A stretch of DNA of 64,000 nt from an uncultured Clostridia bacterium (GCA_964649495.1 CAZYPR010000003.1:17879-81878), one strand, 5' to 3'; counted from the first letter of the stretch, positions 27,348 to 38,269 are shown. Notes: generated by a model not told the origin, from the sequence alone. A program made the numbers and translations.

Positions 27348-28071
27348 GAAAAGATTTTTCTATCTTTTAAAAATTGAATTTATTTTTTTTATAAATCTTC
27401 TTTTTCTTTCAGGATGCAGTGAGAGGGTTTTTGACAATCCCTTTGACCCTTTTGTTTCAAAGGGAGAGTTTTTCATTGTAAATTATATAAGTCTTCCATC
27501 CTCTGACATAGGGGATATAACATGGGATGGCTCAACTTTGCTCTGCATAAGTAAAAGTGGGACAATATACAGCATAAACAGAGTGAACGGCTCTACTGTT
27601 AGAACCATTCCCTCACCACTCCCATCACCCACAGGTCTTGTTTACGATGGGACAGGATTATGGATTTCCAGTCCTGAGCAGCCTGAGATTTTAAAAATTA
27701 ATATTTTGAGTGGAGAGATAATAAAAAGGACAGGGGTTCAGAGACTTCAAATATCATCCCTTGCATGGGATGGTGAGAATCTTTTAGGATATGACCGTAT
27801 CACAAAAATAATTTACAAAATTAATAAGGAAACTGGGGAGATAATCTCATCAATAAAAATCCCCGGCTTTTCCGCTGGAGGGATTCTTTTTTTCGATGGT
27901 AATATATGGGTTTCAGATCCTCTTTCAGCCTTAATTTACAAACTGAATCCTGAAGGGAAAATACTCTCAACCTACTCATCTCCAGGGCAAAAACCTCAGG
28001 GGCTTACCTATGATGGAGCTTACCTTTGGAATTCCGATGCAAGCGGAAAAGCTTTTCAGCTAAGGTTTTAA
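27304..28071 (+). CDS. Beta-propeller lipoprotein, glutamine-cyclotransferase-like
   Basis: It has a lipobox (LFLSGCSE) and repeated [YW]DG..[LI]W.S blades (ITWDGSTLL, VYDGTGLWISS, LAWDGENLL, LFFDGNIWVSD, LTYDGAYLWNSD), as in the bacterial/plant glutaminyl cyclase propeller. Confidence 0.45.
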   Translation: MEENPLRSHSKGSFRKRFFYLLKIEFIFFINLLFLSGCSERVFDNPFDPFVSKGEFFIVNYISLPSSDIGDITWDGSTLLCISKSGTIYSINRVNGSTVRTIPSPLPSPTGLVYDGTGLWISSPEQPEILKINILSGEIIKRTGVQRLQISSLAWDGENLLGYDRITKIIYKINKETGEIISSIKIPGFSAGGILFFDGNIWVSDPLSALIYKLNPEGKILSTYSSPGQKPQGLTYDGAYLWNSDASGKAFQLRF

Positions 28072-29912
28072 TGAGGAACCTCAGGGAGATTCTATTCCTT
28101 ATTTTGATTCTTATCCTTTTTTCCAATGCTTATTCAAAATTAAAAGTTATAGGAACTGCAATGGGAGATTTTCTTTCATACAGTTACGATAAAAATATTT
28201 TCTATGGAGAAAGGGTTGAATTGAAGCTATGGGAATGGATTTTTAAAGGAGAAAGAATAATTATAGATTTTGACACAAATGTCCTGAACATTATGGGTGG
28301 TGTTGTAGTTGAAAGGGGTGATAAAAAAATCTCTTGTGATGAAGTGAGATTCACCTTTCTTTTTAAAAAATTTATTACCTTTAATTATGGAGAAAAGATT
28401 GAAATAAAATATTTTGATGAAAACTTGGAAGAAGAGGAGAAATCAACTGCAATTTTTGATATGAAGGAGATAGATGCGGAAATTGTTATAAATTCTTTCC
28501 TTTACTATACATTCAGGAAAATGGAGATTCTTGAGAATCTCAGAATAATTGGATACGATGTTATAAGTCATCTCGAGGGGATTCGTTCAATTCCTCTCGG
28601 TAAGTTTGTTGTTAAAAAAGGAACAATAAACATTGGTTCAGGAGTAAGAGTTGGAAAAGTATGGTATTCCAACTCCCAGGGAGTGGTTATGGATGCAACA
28701 GGCGTTGTAAAAAAGAAGGAGAATGATATAAGTAAAACATTACTGACATATGAGGAGAAGTCATTTTTAAAAGAATCTCCAGTTAGAAGAATTGTGAGAA
28801 TAAGAAATGAAAATAGATTATCCCTTGGGAAGAACTGGGAAGGCTCCCTTTCTGCCAATTTCGATTCCATCTCTGCCTGGAACACAAATCTTTCCTTTTC
28901 AAAAAAAACTCCATCTTTCAGCACCAATTTTTCCCTTTATCATTTTAAATCTTTTGTCAACATGCCATCGGAAACATGGTTAAGGCTGGATTCAAATATA
29001 AACAGTGAGAAAATTGCAAACACGATTTTCTCCCTCAGCTATGAAAAGAAAGGGCAACTTTTATCTTCCATTTCCATTTCAAAGGGGATTTTTAAAAATG
29101 TCTTTCTTTCAGCCTCCTCTTCCTATAATTTGATTAAGAAAAGGGGAGGATTTGAGGGGAGTAAAATTTTTTCAGGAACTCTATCTTTAAGATTTTCTCC
29201 AAGATTCTTCTCCCTCTCAAGCAATTACTCCCTTAATAATGATTTGGTAAGAGGAAACAGGCTTACAACACCTTCTTTGAATTTTGAACTCTCCCCTCTT
29301 TATTTTTATTCAAGACTAATTCAGATAAATTTTTCCAACACATTTTTCTATAACATCTGGGATGAACCTGAAGGGAAAAGAACTGACTACACAGACAACT
29401 TTGTATTGAATCTCTCAACTTCTATAAATACAATCCCTCTTTTGAAAAATCTCTCTTTTAATTATAGAATTGAGCATCTCTGGAGGGGTAAAGGAGAGGA
29501 GTTTTTAACTTCTGGAGCATCCTTCAACCTCAGGAAGGAATTTTTTAAAAAAAATTTAAATATTTCTTTTCTCTATAATTTCAACACGAGAAGAAGGACA
29601 AAGGGCTGGTTTATTGAAGGGAATAATTTTGAAAATCTTTCTTTACATCTCAATTTCAAGCCCTACAAACCTTTAACTCTGGACATTTCCATGAATGGAG
29701 AACCAAGGAGAGGACTTGTGAACTCCTTTGGCTCATTAAATTATTCCCTTGGAAGAAGCTGGCTTGCAGAGCTTGATTTCAATTACGACTTTCTAATTAA
29801 AAAAATCGCCAATCTTGAGACATATTTAATAAGAGAGACCGAAAAATTTAGTATAAGAATTGGATGGAGGATGCTTGGAAAACAAATATTTGTGGATTTT
29901 CTTCCAAAATGA
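28071..29912 (+). CDS. Large hypothetical secreted/outer-membrane beta-rich protein
   Basis: The start at 28071 overlaps the previous stop (TAATG). It has the signal peptide MRNLREILFLILILILFSNAYS. It is 613 aa, rich in N/S/F/Y with beta-strand alternation, and has no catalytic motif. Confidence 0.45.
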   Translation: MRNLREILFLILILILFSNAYSKLKVIGTAMGDFLSYSYDKNIFYGERVELKLWEWIFKGERIIIDFDTNVLNIMGGVVVERGDKKISCDEVRFTFLFKKFITFNYGEKIEIKYFDENLEEEEKSTAIFDMKEIDAEIVINSFLYYTFRKMEILENLRIIGYDVISHLEGIRSIPLGKFVVKKGTINIGSGVRVGKVWYSNSQGVVMDATGVVKKKENDISKTLLTYEEKSFLKESPVRRIVRIRNENRLSLGKNWEGSLSANFDSISAWNTNLSFSKKTPSFSTNFSLYHFKSFVNMPSETWLRLDSNINSEKIANTIFSLSYEKKGQLLSSISISKGIFKNVFLSASSSYNLIKKRGGFEGSKIFSGTLSLRFSPRFFSLSSNYSLNNDLVRGNRLTTPSLNFELSPLYFYSRLIQINFSNTFFYNIWDEPEGKRTDYTDNFVLNLSTSINTIPLLKNLSFNYRIEHLWRGKGEEFLTSGASFNLRKEFFKKNLNISFLYNFNTRRRTKGWFIEGNNFENLSLHLNFKPYKPLTLDISMNGEPRRGLVNSFGSLNYSLGRSWLAELDFNYDFLIKKIANLETYLIRETEKFSIRIGWRMLGKQIFVDFLPK

Positions 29913-29913
29913 T

Positions 29914-31536
29914 TTAGTCTTTACCCCAGGAGAACATAAAAGGTTTCAATTTTCTTGCTCTTGATTTATGTCTTAATTTTCTCAATGCCTTTGCTTCAAT
30001 CTGCCTTATTCTTTCCCTTGTTACCTTAAAGTGCTGACCAACTTCCTCAAGGGTATGCTCATTACCATCAAAGAGTCCGAATCTCATCCTTAGAACTGTT
30101 GCCTCTCTCGGAGTTAAAGTTTTTAAAACATCTTCTATTTGCTCCCTTAGGCTTTTCCTTATTACTGTCTCAGCGGGAGAAGGTATTCTCTGATCCTCTA
30201 TAAAATCACCAAGATGGCTGTCCTCTTCCTCTCCTATAGGAGTCTCAAGAGAAACTGGTTCCTGTGCGATCTTAAGAATTTTTCTCACTTTGCTCACAGG
30301 CATTTCCATCTTCTGGGCTATCTCCTCAGTAGTAGGGTCTCTCTTCAATTCATGGTGGAGCTGGCGGGATACCTTTATAAGCTTGTTTATTGTCTCAATC
30401 ATGTGAACAGGAATTCTAATTGTTCTTGCTTGGTCAGCTATAGCTCTTGTTATTGCCTGCCTTATCCACCATGTAGCATATGTTGAAAATTTAAATCCTC
30501 TTTTATATTCAAACTTCTCTACAGCCTTCATTAATCCAAGATTCCCTTCCTGAAGAAGGTCAAGAAAATGAAGACCTCTGTTGGTGTATTTCTTTGCTAT
30601 TGATACAACAAGCCTTAAATTCGCTTCTATAAGCTGTTTCTTTGCTTCATCCATTTCCTCACGAGCTTTTTCAATATCTCTAATTATCTTCCTTAACTCC
30701 TCCGCCTTTACCCCATACTCCTTTTCCTTCTCAAGAAGAACCTTTTTGAGCCTATTTATCTCCTCAGTAAGTTTTTCTTTTGATTCTTTTTTCTTGCTGT
30801 TCGCCATCTTCTCAGTCAATTTATTTATTTTCTTCTCTATTTTTGAAAGCTCCCTCTCTTTATCTTTAATACTGTCTATAAAAGATTTTCTGTATTCGGG
30901 ATTGAAATCAATATCCCTTATAATCTCACTTATTTTTACAAGTATTCTCCCCCTTGTAATAGCGCTCTTTTTCCTTGCTTTTTCCAACTCCTTTTTAAGA
31001 TTTTCAAGGGTTGAGAGTTTCTTCTTTAAATCATCTTTTATCTCCTGAATTTTCACCTCATTGTGCTCCTCCTCAAGGTCAAGAACCTTCTCCATCTCTA
31101 TCTCGCCTGAAATTAGTTTTCTGAAGATTGTGAGGATCTCGTCGAGAACAATTGGAGTTCTGGAAAGAGCTTTTATTATGTCCCTTGCTCCCTTCTCTAT
31201 CCTCATGGCAATCTCAATCTCCCCTTCCCTTGAAAGGAGAGGGATACCTCCCATTTCCTTAAGATAAAGCCTTACAGGATCCCCTATCCTTTCTGCTTCT
31301 TCCTCCCTTCTTCTCTCTTCCATCCCCTCTTCAAGTAGCTCATTTTCAAGAGTCTCTTCTTCTGTAGGTTCATAAACTCTCAACCCATAAGTATCGACTG
31401 CTGATATCATGTCAAGCTCATCAGTGGGTTCAAAATCCGAAGAAAAGGGAGCGGGCAATTCATCCTGCACATCAAAATCTTTTGTCATAGAACTTCTAAT
31501 ATCTATTGAATCCTTCTTTTTCATTTTCCTCCTCAT
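29914..31536 (-). CDS. rpoD: RNA polymerase primary sigma factor (sigma-70)
   Basis: It has region 2 ([67 protein letters not shown]) and region 4 ([15 protein letters not shown]...[28 protein letters not shown]). The N-terminus is acidic and the spacer is long. Confidence 0.9.
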   Translation of the reverse strand: MRRKMKKKDSIDIRSSMTKDFDVQDELPAPFSSDFEPTDELDMISAVDTYGLRVYEPTEEETLENELLEEGMEERRREEEAERIGDPVRLYLKEMGGIPLLSREGEIEIAMRIEKGARDIIKALSRTPIVLDEILTIFRKLISGEIEMEKVLDLEEEHNEVKIQEIKDDLKKKLSTLENLKKELEKARKKSAITRGRILVKISEIIRDIDFNPEYRKSFIDSIKDKERELSKIEKKINKLTEKMANSKKKESKEKLTEEINRLKKVLLEKEKEYGVKAEELRKIIRDIEKAREEMDEAKKQLIEANLRLVVSIAKKYTNRGLHFLDLLQEGNLGLMKAVEKFEYKRGFKFSTYATWWIRQAITRAIADQARTIRIPVHMIETINKLIKVSRQLHHELKRDPTTEEIAQKMEMPVSKVRKILKIAQEPVSLETPIGEEEDSHLGDFIEDQRIPSPAETVIRKSLREQIEDVLKTLTPREATVLRMRFGLFDGNEHTLEEVGQHFKVTRERIRQIEAKALRKLRHKSRARKLKPFMFSWGKD

Positions 31537-33240
31537 TTATATTAAAGTTATTATATCCTTAGTTATTTTTTGCTTTAGAAGGAGGAGTTCCTTTAATCTT
31601 TCCCTGTTTCCTGCTTTCTCTTCCTTTGTGATTTCCTCCTGCAATTTCTTGTGCTTTCTTTCAAGTATCAATCTCTTTATTGCCTTTAAATACTCTCTCA
31701 TCTCATCAACTGTAATTTCTCCTCCTTCATCAAGAAGTATCTTATATATTATACGCTGTTTCTCCCGAGAAAATTTCTCCTGAATATGAGCGGGACTAAT
31801 CTCGCCTTTCTCTTCAATAATCTGAATCAGACTTTCAATCAGATCCTTCTGCCCAAGCTCAGATAAATCGAGGGTTCGAAGGACTGAAACAATCTCATTG
31901 GAAAACTCTTTTCCCTTTATAATAGCAAATATTAATTTCTTCTCCGCAGGTGTTATTAATTCTGTTTGTGATGATGATTGCGGAACATCTTTTCTCCTTA
32001 GCATGCGAAGAATCAGTTCCTCTTCTATTCCTGCCAGAGAAGAAAGCTCTCTAACATATGTTCTCTTAAGAATTGGCTCCCTTATTCCATTTAAAACTTC
32101 TATTATACTCCTTATTCTTTTTGCCTTCTCCTCAGGAGAGATATTTTCATTAATTTTGTAATTTCTAATAAGAAATTCAACGGGAGAAAGAGCTCTGGAC
32201 AAAGCTTCCTCAACTCCTTCCTTCCCCCTCTCCCTTACAAAAGTGTCGGGATCAAGCCCTTGAGGAATGGATACGATTTTAAGAGAGATGTCCTGGGAGA
32301 GGATTATGGGTATAGCTCTTATTGTGGATGCAATTCCTGAGCTATCAGGATCATAGAAAATATAAATTTTATCTGTAAATTTTCTTAAAAGGGAGACCTG
32401 ATCCTCTGTAAGACTTGTTCCGAGAGATGCAACAGTATTTTTAAAACCATTAATGAATAGAGAGATCTGATCCATGTACCCCTCAACAAGTATCGCAAAT
32501 CCTTTATCCTTTATCTCCTCCTTTGCGAGGTCAAGACCAAAAAGTTCCATTCTTTTTTTGTAAACAGGGGTTTCAGGAGAGTTCAGGTATTTTGGATTTT
32601 CCTCAAATATTGTTCTTCCACCAAAAGCTATTATCCTTCCTGAGATATTTCTGATGGGAAACATAACCCTTCCACGGAAGCGGTCTATGAGACCTCTTTC
32701 AGTTCTTATCCCGAGTCCTGAAAGGGAGATAATATTTTCATTATAACCTTTGTTTCTCAAATACTTAACAAGGGAGTCCCACTGGTTGGGGGAAAAACCA
32801 AGTCCAAGAGTTTCAATCCAGTTTCCACTAATGCCTCTCCCCTCAATATATTTCCTTGCCATCTCTCCTTCTCTTCCTTTAAGACAATTCTGGAAAAATA
32901 GCTGGGCAGATTGATTTATTTCAAGGATATCATCCTCAATTTTCTTTGTAGGGGATGTCCTCTTTGGAATTGCTATGTTGTATTTCTTTGCAAGAAATTC
33001 AAGAGCTGAAGGGAAATCAAGCCCTTCCTTTTCCATCACAAGAGTGAATATGTCTCCACCCGCACCACATCCAAAGCAATGATACAAACCTTTTTCAGGA
33101 TCAACAGTAAATGAAGGGGTCTTCTCTGTGTGAAAAGGGCACAATCCTATAAATCTTTTCCCACTTTTCTTAAGTTTTGTATAGTTAGAAGCTATCTCTA
33201 TTATATCTGCCCTCTCTTTTATTTTTTCGATTATGTCCAT
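31537..33240 (-). CDS. dnaG: DNA primase
   Basis: It has the zinc ribbon CPFHTEKTPSFTV...YHCFGCGAGGD and the TOPRIM region (EGYMDQISL...). It sits immediately upstream of rpoD in the classic dnaG-rpoD operon. Confidence 0.9.
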   Translation of the reverse strand: MDIIEKIKERADIIEIASNYTKLKKSGKRFIGLCPFHTEKTPSFTVDPEKGLYHCFGCGAGGDIFTLVMEKEGLDFPSALEFLAKKYNIAIPKRTSPTKKIEDDILEINQSAQLFFQNCLKGREGEMARKYIEGRGISGNWIETLGLGFSPNQWDSLVKYLRNKGYNENIISLSGLGIRTERGLIDRFRGRVMFPIRNISGRIIAFGGRTIFEENPKYLNSPETPVYKKRMELFGLDLAKEEIKDKGFAILVEGYMDQISLFINGFKNTVASLGTSLTEDQVSLLRKFTDKIYIFYDPDSSGIASTIRAIPIILSQDISLKIVSIPQGLDPDTFVRERGKEGVEEALSRALSPVEFLIRNYKINENISPEEKAKRIRSIIEVLNGIREPILKRTYVRELSSLAGIEEELILRMLRRKDVPQSSSQTELITPAEKKLIFAIIKGKEFSNEIVSVLRTLDLSELGQKDLIESLIQIIEEKGEISPAHIQEKFSREKQRIIYKILLDEGGEITVDEMREYLKAIKRLILERKHKKLQEEITKEEKAGNRERLKELLLLKQKITKDIITLI

Positions 33241-33349
33241 TTAATAAAGCTACATTCAATTTAAATATAGGAATTTTTCTGAAATTTGTCAAGATGAGTT
33301 GACTTTTAAAATGATTACCTTTGGATAATCCAAAAATAAAATGTAAATT

Positions 33350-34723
33350 TTACTTCCCAATGCAGAATCTACTAAAAATATTTTCAAGGATATCCTCAGT
33401 TTTTATCTCTCCTGTTAACTCTGAAAGATAGAGTGAACCTTCTTTTATTTTTTCCACGATAATCTCCTCTCCCTTCCCATCTTCAACCATTTCAAGAGCC
33501 TCGGATAGTTTCTCGCAAGCCTTTTCAAGGAGTTCTTTCTGCCTTAGATTCATTATTACTTCACTTTCTTCTGTTGAGGGAATAAATTTTTCCTTTATCA
33601 ATTCCATTAATTTATCAATGTTTTCCCCCATTTTGGCTGAAATTGAAATAGAAGGTGATGATGGAAAATTTTCAAGAACTTTTTCCTTTTCCAGTCGAGA
33701 TGAGAGATCCATTTTATTAAATGCAACAATAACTTTTTGCCCCTTTGTTTTCTCAATTATCTTCATATCCTCTTCGTTCAATCTTTCTGAGAGGTCAAAC
33801 ATAACAATTACACCATCAGACCTTTCTATAATGCTTTTTGTCCTTTTTATTCCTTCTTTTTCAACCTCATTCATTGCTTCAGCAATTCCCGCTGTATCCA
33901 CAATGTTTAAAGGGACTCCATCTAAATTTATTCTTTCTCTTATATAATCCCTTGTTGTTCCTGGAAATGGACTAACTATTGCTCTTTCCTCCTTGAGAAG
34001 GGCATTGAAGAGAGTTGATTTCCCTACATTGGGTTTCCCCACAATGGAAATTGTTAACCCTTCGGATAAAATTCTTCCATAATTGAATGTGGAAAGCAAG
34101 TTTTCTATCTCTTCAATTGTTCCCATTAAAAGCTTCAAGATTTCTTCTTTCTGAAGCTCTATCTCATCCTCGGGAAATTCAATCAGAGCTTCCAAATTTG
34201 AAATTAGAAGGAGGATATTCTCTTTTAAATTATTAATTTTTTTTGACAACCTCCCTTCAATCTGAGTATAGGAAAGAAGAGCCTGTCTCAAGGTTAATGA
34301 ATTTATAAGCTCGTTGATTGCTTCAGCCTGGAGTAGATCTATCTTACCATTAAGATAGGCTCTCTTAGTGAATTCTCCAGGTTTTGCAATCCTTGCTCCA
34401 CTTTTTGAGAATAGTTCAACAATTCTTAAAAGGATTGGAATGCTACTGTGGCAACTAATCTCAACAACATCCTCACCTGTGTAAGAGTTTGGTCCTTTGA
34501 AATATGTGAGAAGACAATTTTCTATTTTCATATTTATTTCATCATCAAAGATGTATCCCAGATAAACCCTTCTCGGCTCAATCTCTTTAACCTCCTTACT
34601 CTTAAAAAATTTAAAAGCTATTGAAAGAGAATCTTTTCCACTCAATCTAACAATTCCTATCCCACCTTTTCCCATGGGTGTTGATATTGCGACAATTGTT
34701 TCTCTTACGAAACTATTTTGCAT
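33350..34723 (-). CDS. mnmE: tRNA uridine-5-carboxymethylaminomethyl modification GTPase
   Basis: It has the G-domain GKPNVGKSTLFNALL...DTAGI...NKMD and a C-terminal ...CIGK tetrapeptide. It is 457 aa. Confidence 0.9.
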   Translation of the reverse strand: MQNSFVRETIVAISTPMGKGGIGIVRLSGKDSLSIAFKFFKSKEVKEIEPRRVYLGYIFDDEINMKIENCLLTYFKGPNSYTGEDVVEISCHSSIPILLRIVELFSKSGARIAKPGEFTKRAYLNGKIDLLQAEAINELINSLTLRQALLSYTQIEGRLSKKINNLKENILLLISNLEALIEFPEDEIELQKEEILKLLMGTIEEIENLLSTFNYGRILSEGLTISIVGKPNVGKSTLFNALLKEERAIVSPFPGTTRDYIRERINLDGVPLNIVDTAGIAEAMNEVEKEGIKRTKSIIERSDGVIVMFDLSERLNEEDMKIIEKTKGQKVIVAFNKMDLSSRLEKEKVLENFPSSPSISISAKMGENIDKLMELIKEKFIPSTEESEVIMNLRQKELLEKACEKLSEALEMVEDGKGEEIIVEKIKEGSLYLSELTGEIKTEDILENIFSRFCIGK

Positions 34724-34736
34724 CTTTGAATTCGCT

Positions 34737-35342
34737 CTACTCTTTTACTGGGTATATTCTAACTCTTTTAAAAAATCCATCTCCAAGGCTTTCGCTCTTC
34801 AATTTCTCCGTATTTGAAACAATTATGTGGACAATTCTCCTTTCCCATGGAGCCATGGGCTCAAGAACTCTTTCAATCCCACTCCTGAGGACATAATTTA
34901 CTGCATCCTTAGCAATTTTCTCAACTTTATGTTCCCTTCTTTTTCTGAATCCTTCACATTCAAGGAGAATTCTTTTCTCAAATCTTGAAAATATTTTGTT
35001 ATATAAGTACTGAAGAGCAAGGATTGCCTCACCATTGTTGGCAAGAAAGATATCTTTGTCAGGTCCCCAGAAGTTTATTTCAATAAAATCTCCTTTGGCT
35101 GTCACAGAAAAATTCACATCAAGTTTGCTCACCTCAAGAAGCTGACGACTGAATTCTGCAATTTTCTTTTCATCTTCATTATGTTTCACCCATGCCTTAA
35201 CAACTATCTCCCTATCTTTCCCTGTCATTTTTGTTTTCTCTGGAACTACCCTGTACTCTATTCTTTCTTCATTTTCTCCAAAAAACTTTTTAATTTCCTT
35301 TAAAACCTCTTCAAGGTTTCTTCCTTTGAACTCTCTTTCCAT
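34737..35342 (-). CDS. jag: Jag/R3H-KH domain RNA-binding protein (SpoIIIJ-associated protein)
   Basis: It has a KH-like domain and a C-terminal R3H motif region (ERRIVHIIV). It lies between yidC and mnmE, as in the conserved yidC-jag cluster. Confidence 0.75.
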   Translation of the reverse strand: MEREFKGRNLEEVLKEIKKFFGENEERIEYRVVPEKTKMTGKDREIVVKAWVKHNEDEKKIAEFSRQLLEVSKLDVNFSVTAKGDFIEINFWGPDKDIFLANNGEAILALQYLYNKIFSRFEKRILLECEGFRKRREHKVEKIAKDAVNYVLRSGIERVLEPMAPWERRIVHIIVSNTEKLKSESLGDGFFKRVRIYPVKE

Positions 35343-36933
35343 GCTCCTTTCCTGTTTTGTAAATATATTTATTCATCAAATACTGTTGTCCAATTTGAAG
35401 GATATTCTGGACAAGCCAGTATAAAACAAGACCACTGGGAAAATTCATAAAGAATATTGTAAGAAATACTGGCATTAGAAGCATGATTTTCTTTTGGGAT
35501 GGGTCTCCTCCAGTTGGAGTCATTTTCTGAATGATAAACTGGGTTATCCCCATTAAAATTGGTATTACATAGTAAGGATCTTTAAGGGATAGATCCTTAA
35601 TCCATAAGACAAAGGGTTTGTGCCTTATCTCCACTGCTCTTGAGAGAAGGTTGAAAAATCCCCAAAGGATTGGTAACTGAAGGAGCATTGGAAGGCATCC
35701 GCTTGCTGGATTTATTCCCTCTTCCTTGTAAATATTCATAAGCTCCATATTGAATTTTTTCCTCTGTTCTGGATCTGTCTTCATCTTCTTGTATTTTTCC
35801 CTCAAAGCTTTTATCCTTGGCTGGACTTTCTGCATTTTTGCCATTGAAACCATTGAAGTCCATGTGAGGGGGAAGAGAAAGACTTTTAAAATTATTGTGA
35901 GGATAATTATTGCAACACCATAATTGGGAATCATTTTGTAAAGCCAGTTAAGGATGATAAGGAGAAACTGAGCAATGAATCCGAACCAACCGAAGTTTAC
36001 AACCTTTTCCAGCTCTATTTTCTCCTTCCCTAAAAAAGTCTTTTTCAAAGTTCCAAATTCCTTTGGACCTAAATAGATGGCAGATGGATTTGAAACAACA
36101 ATATAATTTAAAGGCTCACCTTTCGGGACATCAATTTTTTCAAACAATATCCTTGATGTTTGGGCAGAGATGGCAATAATTGTAAAGTAATTTGTCTCGT
36201 AAGCAGACCATTTAAGAAGTCCTCTAAATATTTCTCCTGGATTAAATTTTTTGTCCTCTTTCCTAACAAGATTCTTCCCATCCCAGTAAACAATGTTGAA
36301 CTTGTCCATTCTCTTCTTCATCTCCTCCGGAGAGAATCTTCCAATCCTTGGACCAATATAAATGGAGGGAGAGATTGGCTCCCCCTCTTTTATTATTGAA
36401 ACCTCATGCTCAAAGAGGTATGAATTTCCGTAAAAGACAAACTTTTTCAAAACAGTTAGGTTCTCCCAAGAATATTTAAGAATCAATTCTTTTTTCTCGT
36501 TTTCTCTTAAATTAATCTCTGTCACAGAGGGAAGGAAAAAGGAATTGTTTAAAAATAAGATGGAGTCATCGAGTTTCAGATTTAAAGGGAAGGGAGCATT
36601 GGGAGGAATTTCAGGAATTAACTCCAGATCAGATCTCTTTTCATCTTTATATTTTTTCAGGACAAAGCTCTTCAAAACCCCTCCCCTGTTGGAAATGAGA
36701 GCCCTGAAAAGAGGCGTTTCAACTCTTACAATTTTTTCTTCTATATCCTTTGTCCAAGGAGGTATTTCTACTTCTATTTTTTTCAGAGGGACTTCTGAAT
36801 CAACAACTTTTTTTTCAACCGAGATTTTTTCAGGCTGAATCTTTTGAGGAGAAGGAGGTGGAGAAATGAACTGGTAATATATCAGTATTATGATAAATGA
36901 AATTGCAAGGGCTAAAATTATTCTCTTTTCCAT
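35311..36933 (-). CDS. yidC: Membrane protein insertase YidC
   Basis: An N-terminal TM segment is followed by a large periplasmic domain and the conserved C-terminal 5-TM core (FGWFGFIAQFLLIILNWLYK...NPASGCLPMLLQLPILWGFF...). It is 540 aa. Confidence 0.85.
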   Translation of the reverse strand: MEKRIILALAISFIIILIYYQFISPPPSPQKIQPEKISVEKKVVDSEVPLKKIEVEIPPWTKDIEEKIVRVETPLFRALISNRGGVLKSFVLKKYKDEKRSDLELIPEIPPNAPFPLNLKLDDSILFLNNSFFLPSVTEINLRENEKKELILKYSWENLTVLKKFVFYGNSYLFEHEVSIIKEGEPISPSIYIGPRIGRFSPEEMKKRMDKFNIVYWDGKNLVRKEDKKFNPGEIFRGLLKWSAYETNYFTIIAISAQTSRILFEKIDVPKGEPLNYIVVSNPSAIYLGPKEFGTLKKTFLGKEKIELEKVVNFGWFGFIAQFLLIILNWLYKMIPNYGVAIIILTIILKVFLFPLTWTSMVSMAKMQKVQPRIKALREKYKKMKTDPEQRKKFNMELMNIYKEEGINPASGCLPMLLQLPILWGFFNLLSRAVEIRHKPFVLWIKDLSLKDPYYVIPILMGITQFIIQKMTPTGGDPSQKKIMLLMPVFLTIFFMNFPSGLVLYWLVQNILQIGQQYLMNKYIYKTGKEHGKRVQRKKP

Positions 36934-37149
36934 TTATTCTGGAACCTCATCAATCCCACCAGGATGGAAGGGATTACACTTTAAAATTCTTTTGACTCCA
37001 AGAAAAACTCCCTTTAAAACTCCATGTCTTTCAATTGCCTGATATGTGTAAGTGGAGCATGGGGGATAAAATCTACAGTTTGTGCCAAGAATGGGAGAGA
37101 TAAAAAACTTATAAAATCTCAAAAAAAATAAAGCGAGTTTCTTTACCAT
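36934..37149 (-). CDS. yidD: Membrane protein insertion efficiency factor YidD
   Basis: It contains [17 protein letters not shown]...NPFHPGGID, the YidD signature, and is 71 aa. Confidence 0.8.
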   Translation of the reverse strand: MVKKLALFFLRFYKFFISPILGTNCRFYPPCSTYTYQAIERHGVLKGVFLGVKRILKCNPFHPGGIDEVPE

Positions 37150-37153
37150 AAAT

Positions 37154-37447
37154 TCAGAAATTACCTTCCTTTTTCAATCTTGAAAAGTTGCTCAACAGCT
37201 CCTCAATCAAAACATTCTCAGGAAAAAAGCTAACATCTCTCAATGGAAATATTATTATATCATAACTTTCAGGAAAAATTTCTTTGTTTTTTCTAAAAAT
37301 CTCCTTATAAATTCTTTTAATCCTGTTCCTTACAACTGCTTTTCCAACCTTAGAAGAAACATTAATAACGATTCTTTTTAATCCTTTTTTATTTGGAAAA
37401 GCAAATATTTTCATGTTTTCACTTTTCACTTTTTTCCCTTTTGTCAA
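37154..37447 (-). CDS. rnpA: Ribonuclease P protein component
   Basis: It is basic, with [14 protein letters not shown] (RNRxKR RnpA motif). It is positioned between rpmH and yidD. Confidence 0.75.
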   Translation of the reverse strand: MTKGKKVKSENMKIFAFPNKKGLKRIVINVSSKVGKAVVRNRIKRIYKEIFRKNKEIFPESYDIIIFPLRDVSFFPENVLIEELLSNFSRLKKEGNF

Positions 37448-37502
37448 AATTTCAACAATCTCTTTTTTTTTAAAGTCCTTTCTTCTTTTCTAAGAGTTTC
37501 TT

Positions 37503-37640
37503 TCATGAAGGTGTGAGAACCTTTCTTCCCTTTTTTCTCCTCCTTTTAAGAACCTCTCTCCCCCCTTTTGTTTTCATTCTTGCTCTGAAACCGTGGGTTT
37601 TTCTCCTCCTTCTTTTGTTGGGCTGAAATGTTCTCTTCAT
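37503..37640 (-). CDS. rpmH: 50S ribosomal protein L34
   Basis: The minus strand translates to [45 protein letters not shown] (45 aa), the canonical L34. It is not in the ORF track because it is under 60 aa. Confidence 0.85.
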   Translation of the reverse strand: MKRTFQPNKRRRRKTHGFRARMKTKGGREVLKRRRKKGRKVLTPS

Positions 37641-37852
37641 TCCTTAACCTCTCTATTTAAGGGAAATTAAATAAAATTAAATCATAAAATCGAAAGAATT
37701 TCAATTCATTCAAAGCTCTTTTTAGTGCACATTTTCATTTTTTAAGGTCTCTTCCCAAATCATGGCTTTCAAAGCTAATTCACGAACAATTAAAACATGT
37801 TGACAAATACTGAAATTTCTGAAAGAATATTATTCTTTGAAAGGAGGCAATT

Positions 37853-38269
37853 ATGGCTATTGATGTTGGAAAGGGAGCAAAAAGCCTTAAATCAGATCCA
37901 AATGTTGTCCCTCTTTGTGATGTTCTCCTTGTCCTTTTAATAATATTCTTTGTCATCACCCCAGCTATCCAAAAAGGGATTGATGTAAAACTCCCCGAGC
38001 CAGGAGGAAGCAAGAGCGGAATGGATATCTCATCCGTTGTTGTCCTCACTATAAAAAATGACCTCTCAATTCTAATCAACAAGGAGCCCGTTGATAGAAA
38101 TCTTGTCCTCCAGAGGCTAAGAGAGATTTACGCCACTAGAACTGATAAAACAATATTTGTAAGAGCTGCATTGAGAGTTCCGTATAAAGAGGTTGTAAAA
38201 GTAATAGATATTGCTAAAGGAGCGGGTGTAGAAGTTGTAGGTATTATGCCAGAAGAGTATAACGAATAA
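37853..38269 (+). CDS. exbD: Biopolymer transport protein of the ExbD/TolR family
   Basis: A single TM segment (VLLVLLIIFFVITPAI) is followed by the periplasmic domain (...VVLTIKNDLSILINKEPV...IFVRAALRVPYKEVVKVIDIAKGAG). No exbB/tolQ partner lies adjacent. Confidence 0.7.
   Translation: MAIDVGKGAKSLKSDPNVVPLCDVLLVLLIIFFVITPAIQKGIDVKLPEPGGSKSGMDISSVVVLTIKNDLSILINKEPVDRNLVLQRLREIYATRTDKTIFVRAALRVPYKEVVKVIDIAKGAGVEVVGIMPEEYNE

Noticed and set aside
30581-31048. 155-aa plus-strand ORF (Ser/Phe/Ile-rich) inside rpoD, and similar antisense ORFs inside other genes (775-1077, 13798-14325, 22353-22940, 53334-53609 and others)
   Set aside because: These are low-complexity translations of the antisense strand of confidently identified genes, with no independent support.
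37641-37852. Possible oriC/DnaA-box cluster in the rpmH upstream region
   Set aside because: No TTATCCACA or TGTGGATAA-like 9-mers are present, and dnaA is absent from the window.
37780-38082. 100-aa minus-strand ORF overlapping the exbD start
   Set aside because: It is antisense to a well-supported ExbD CDS and has no RBS or motif. It is a typical spurious AT-rich ORF.
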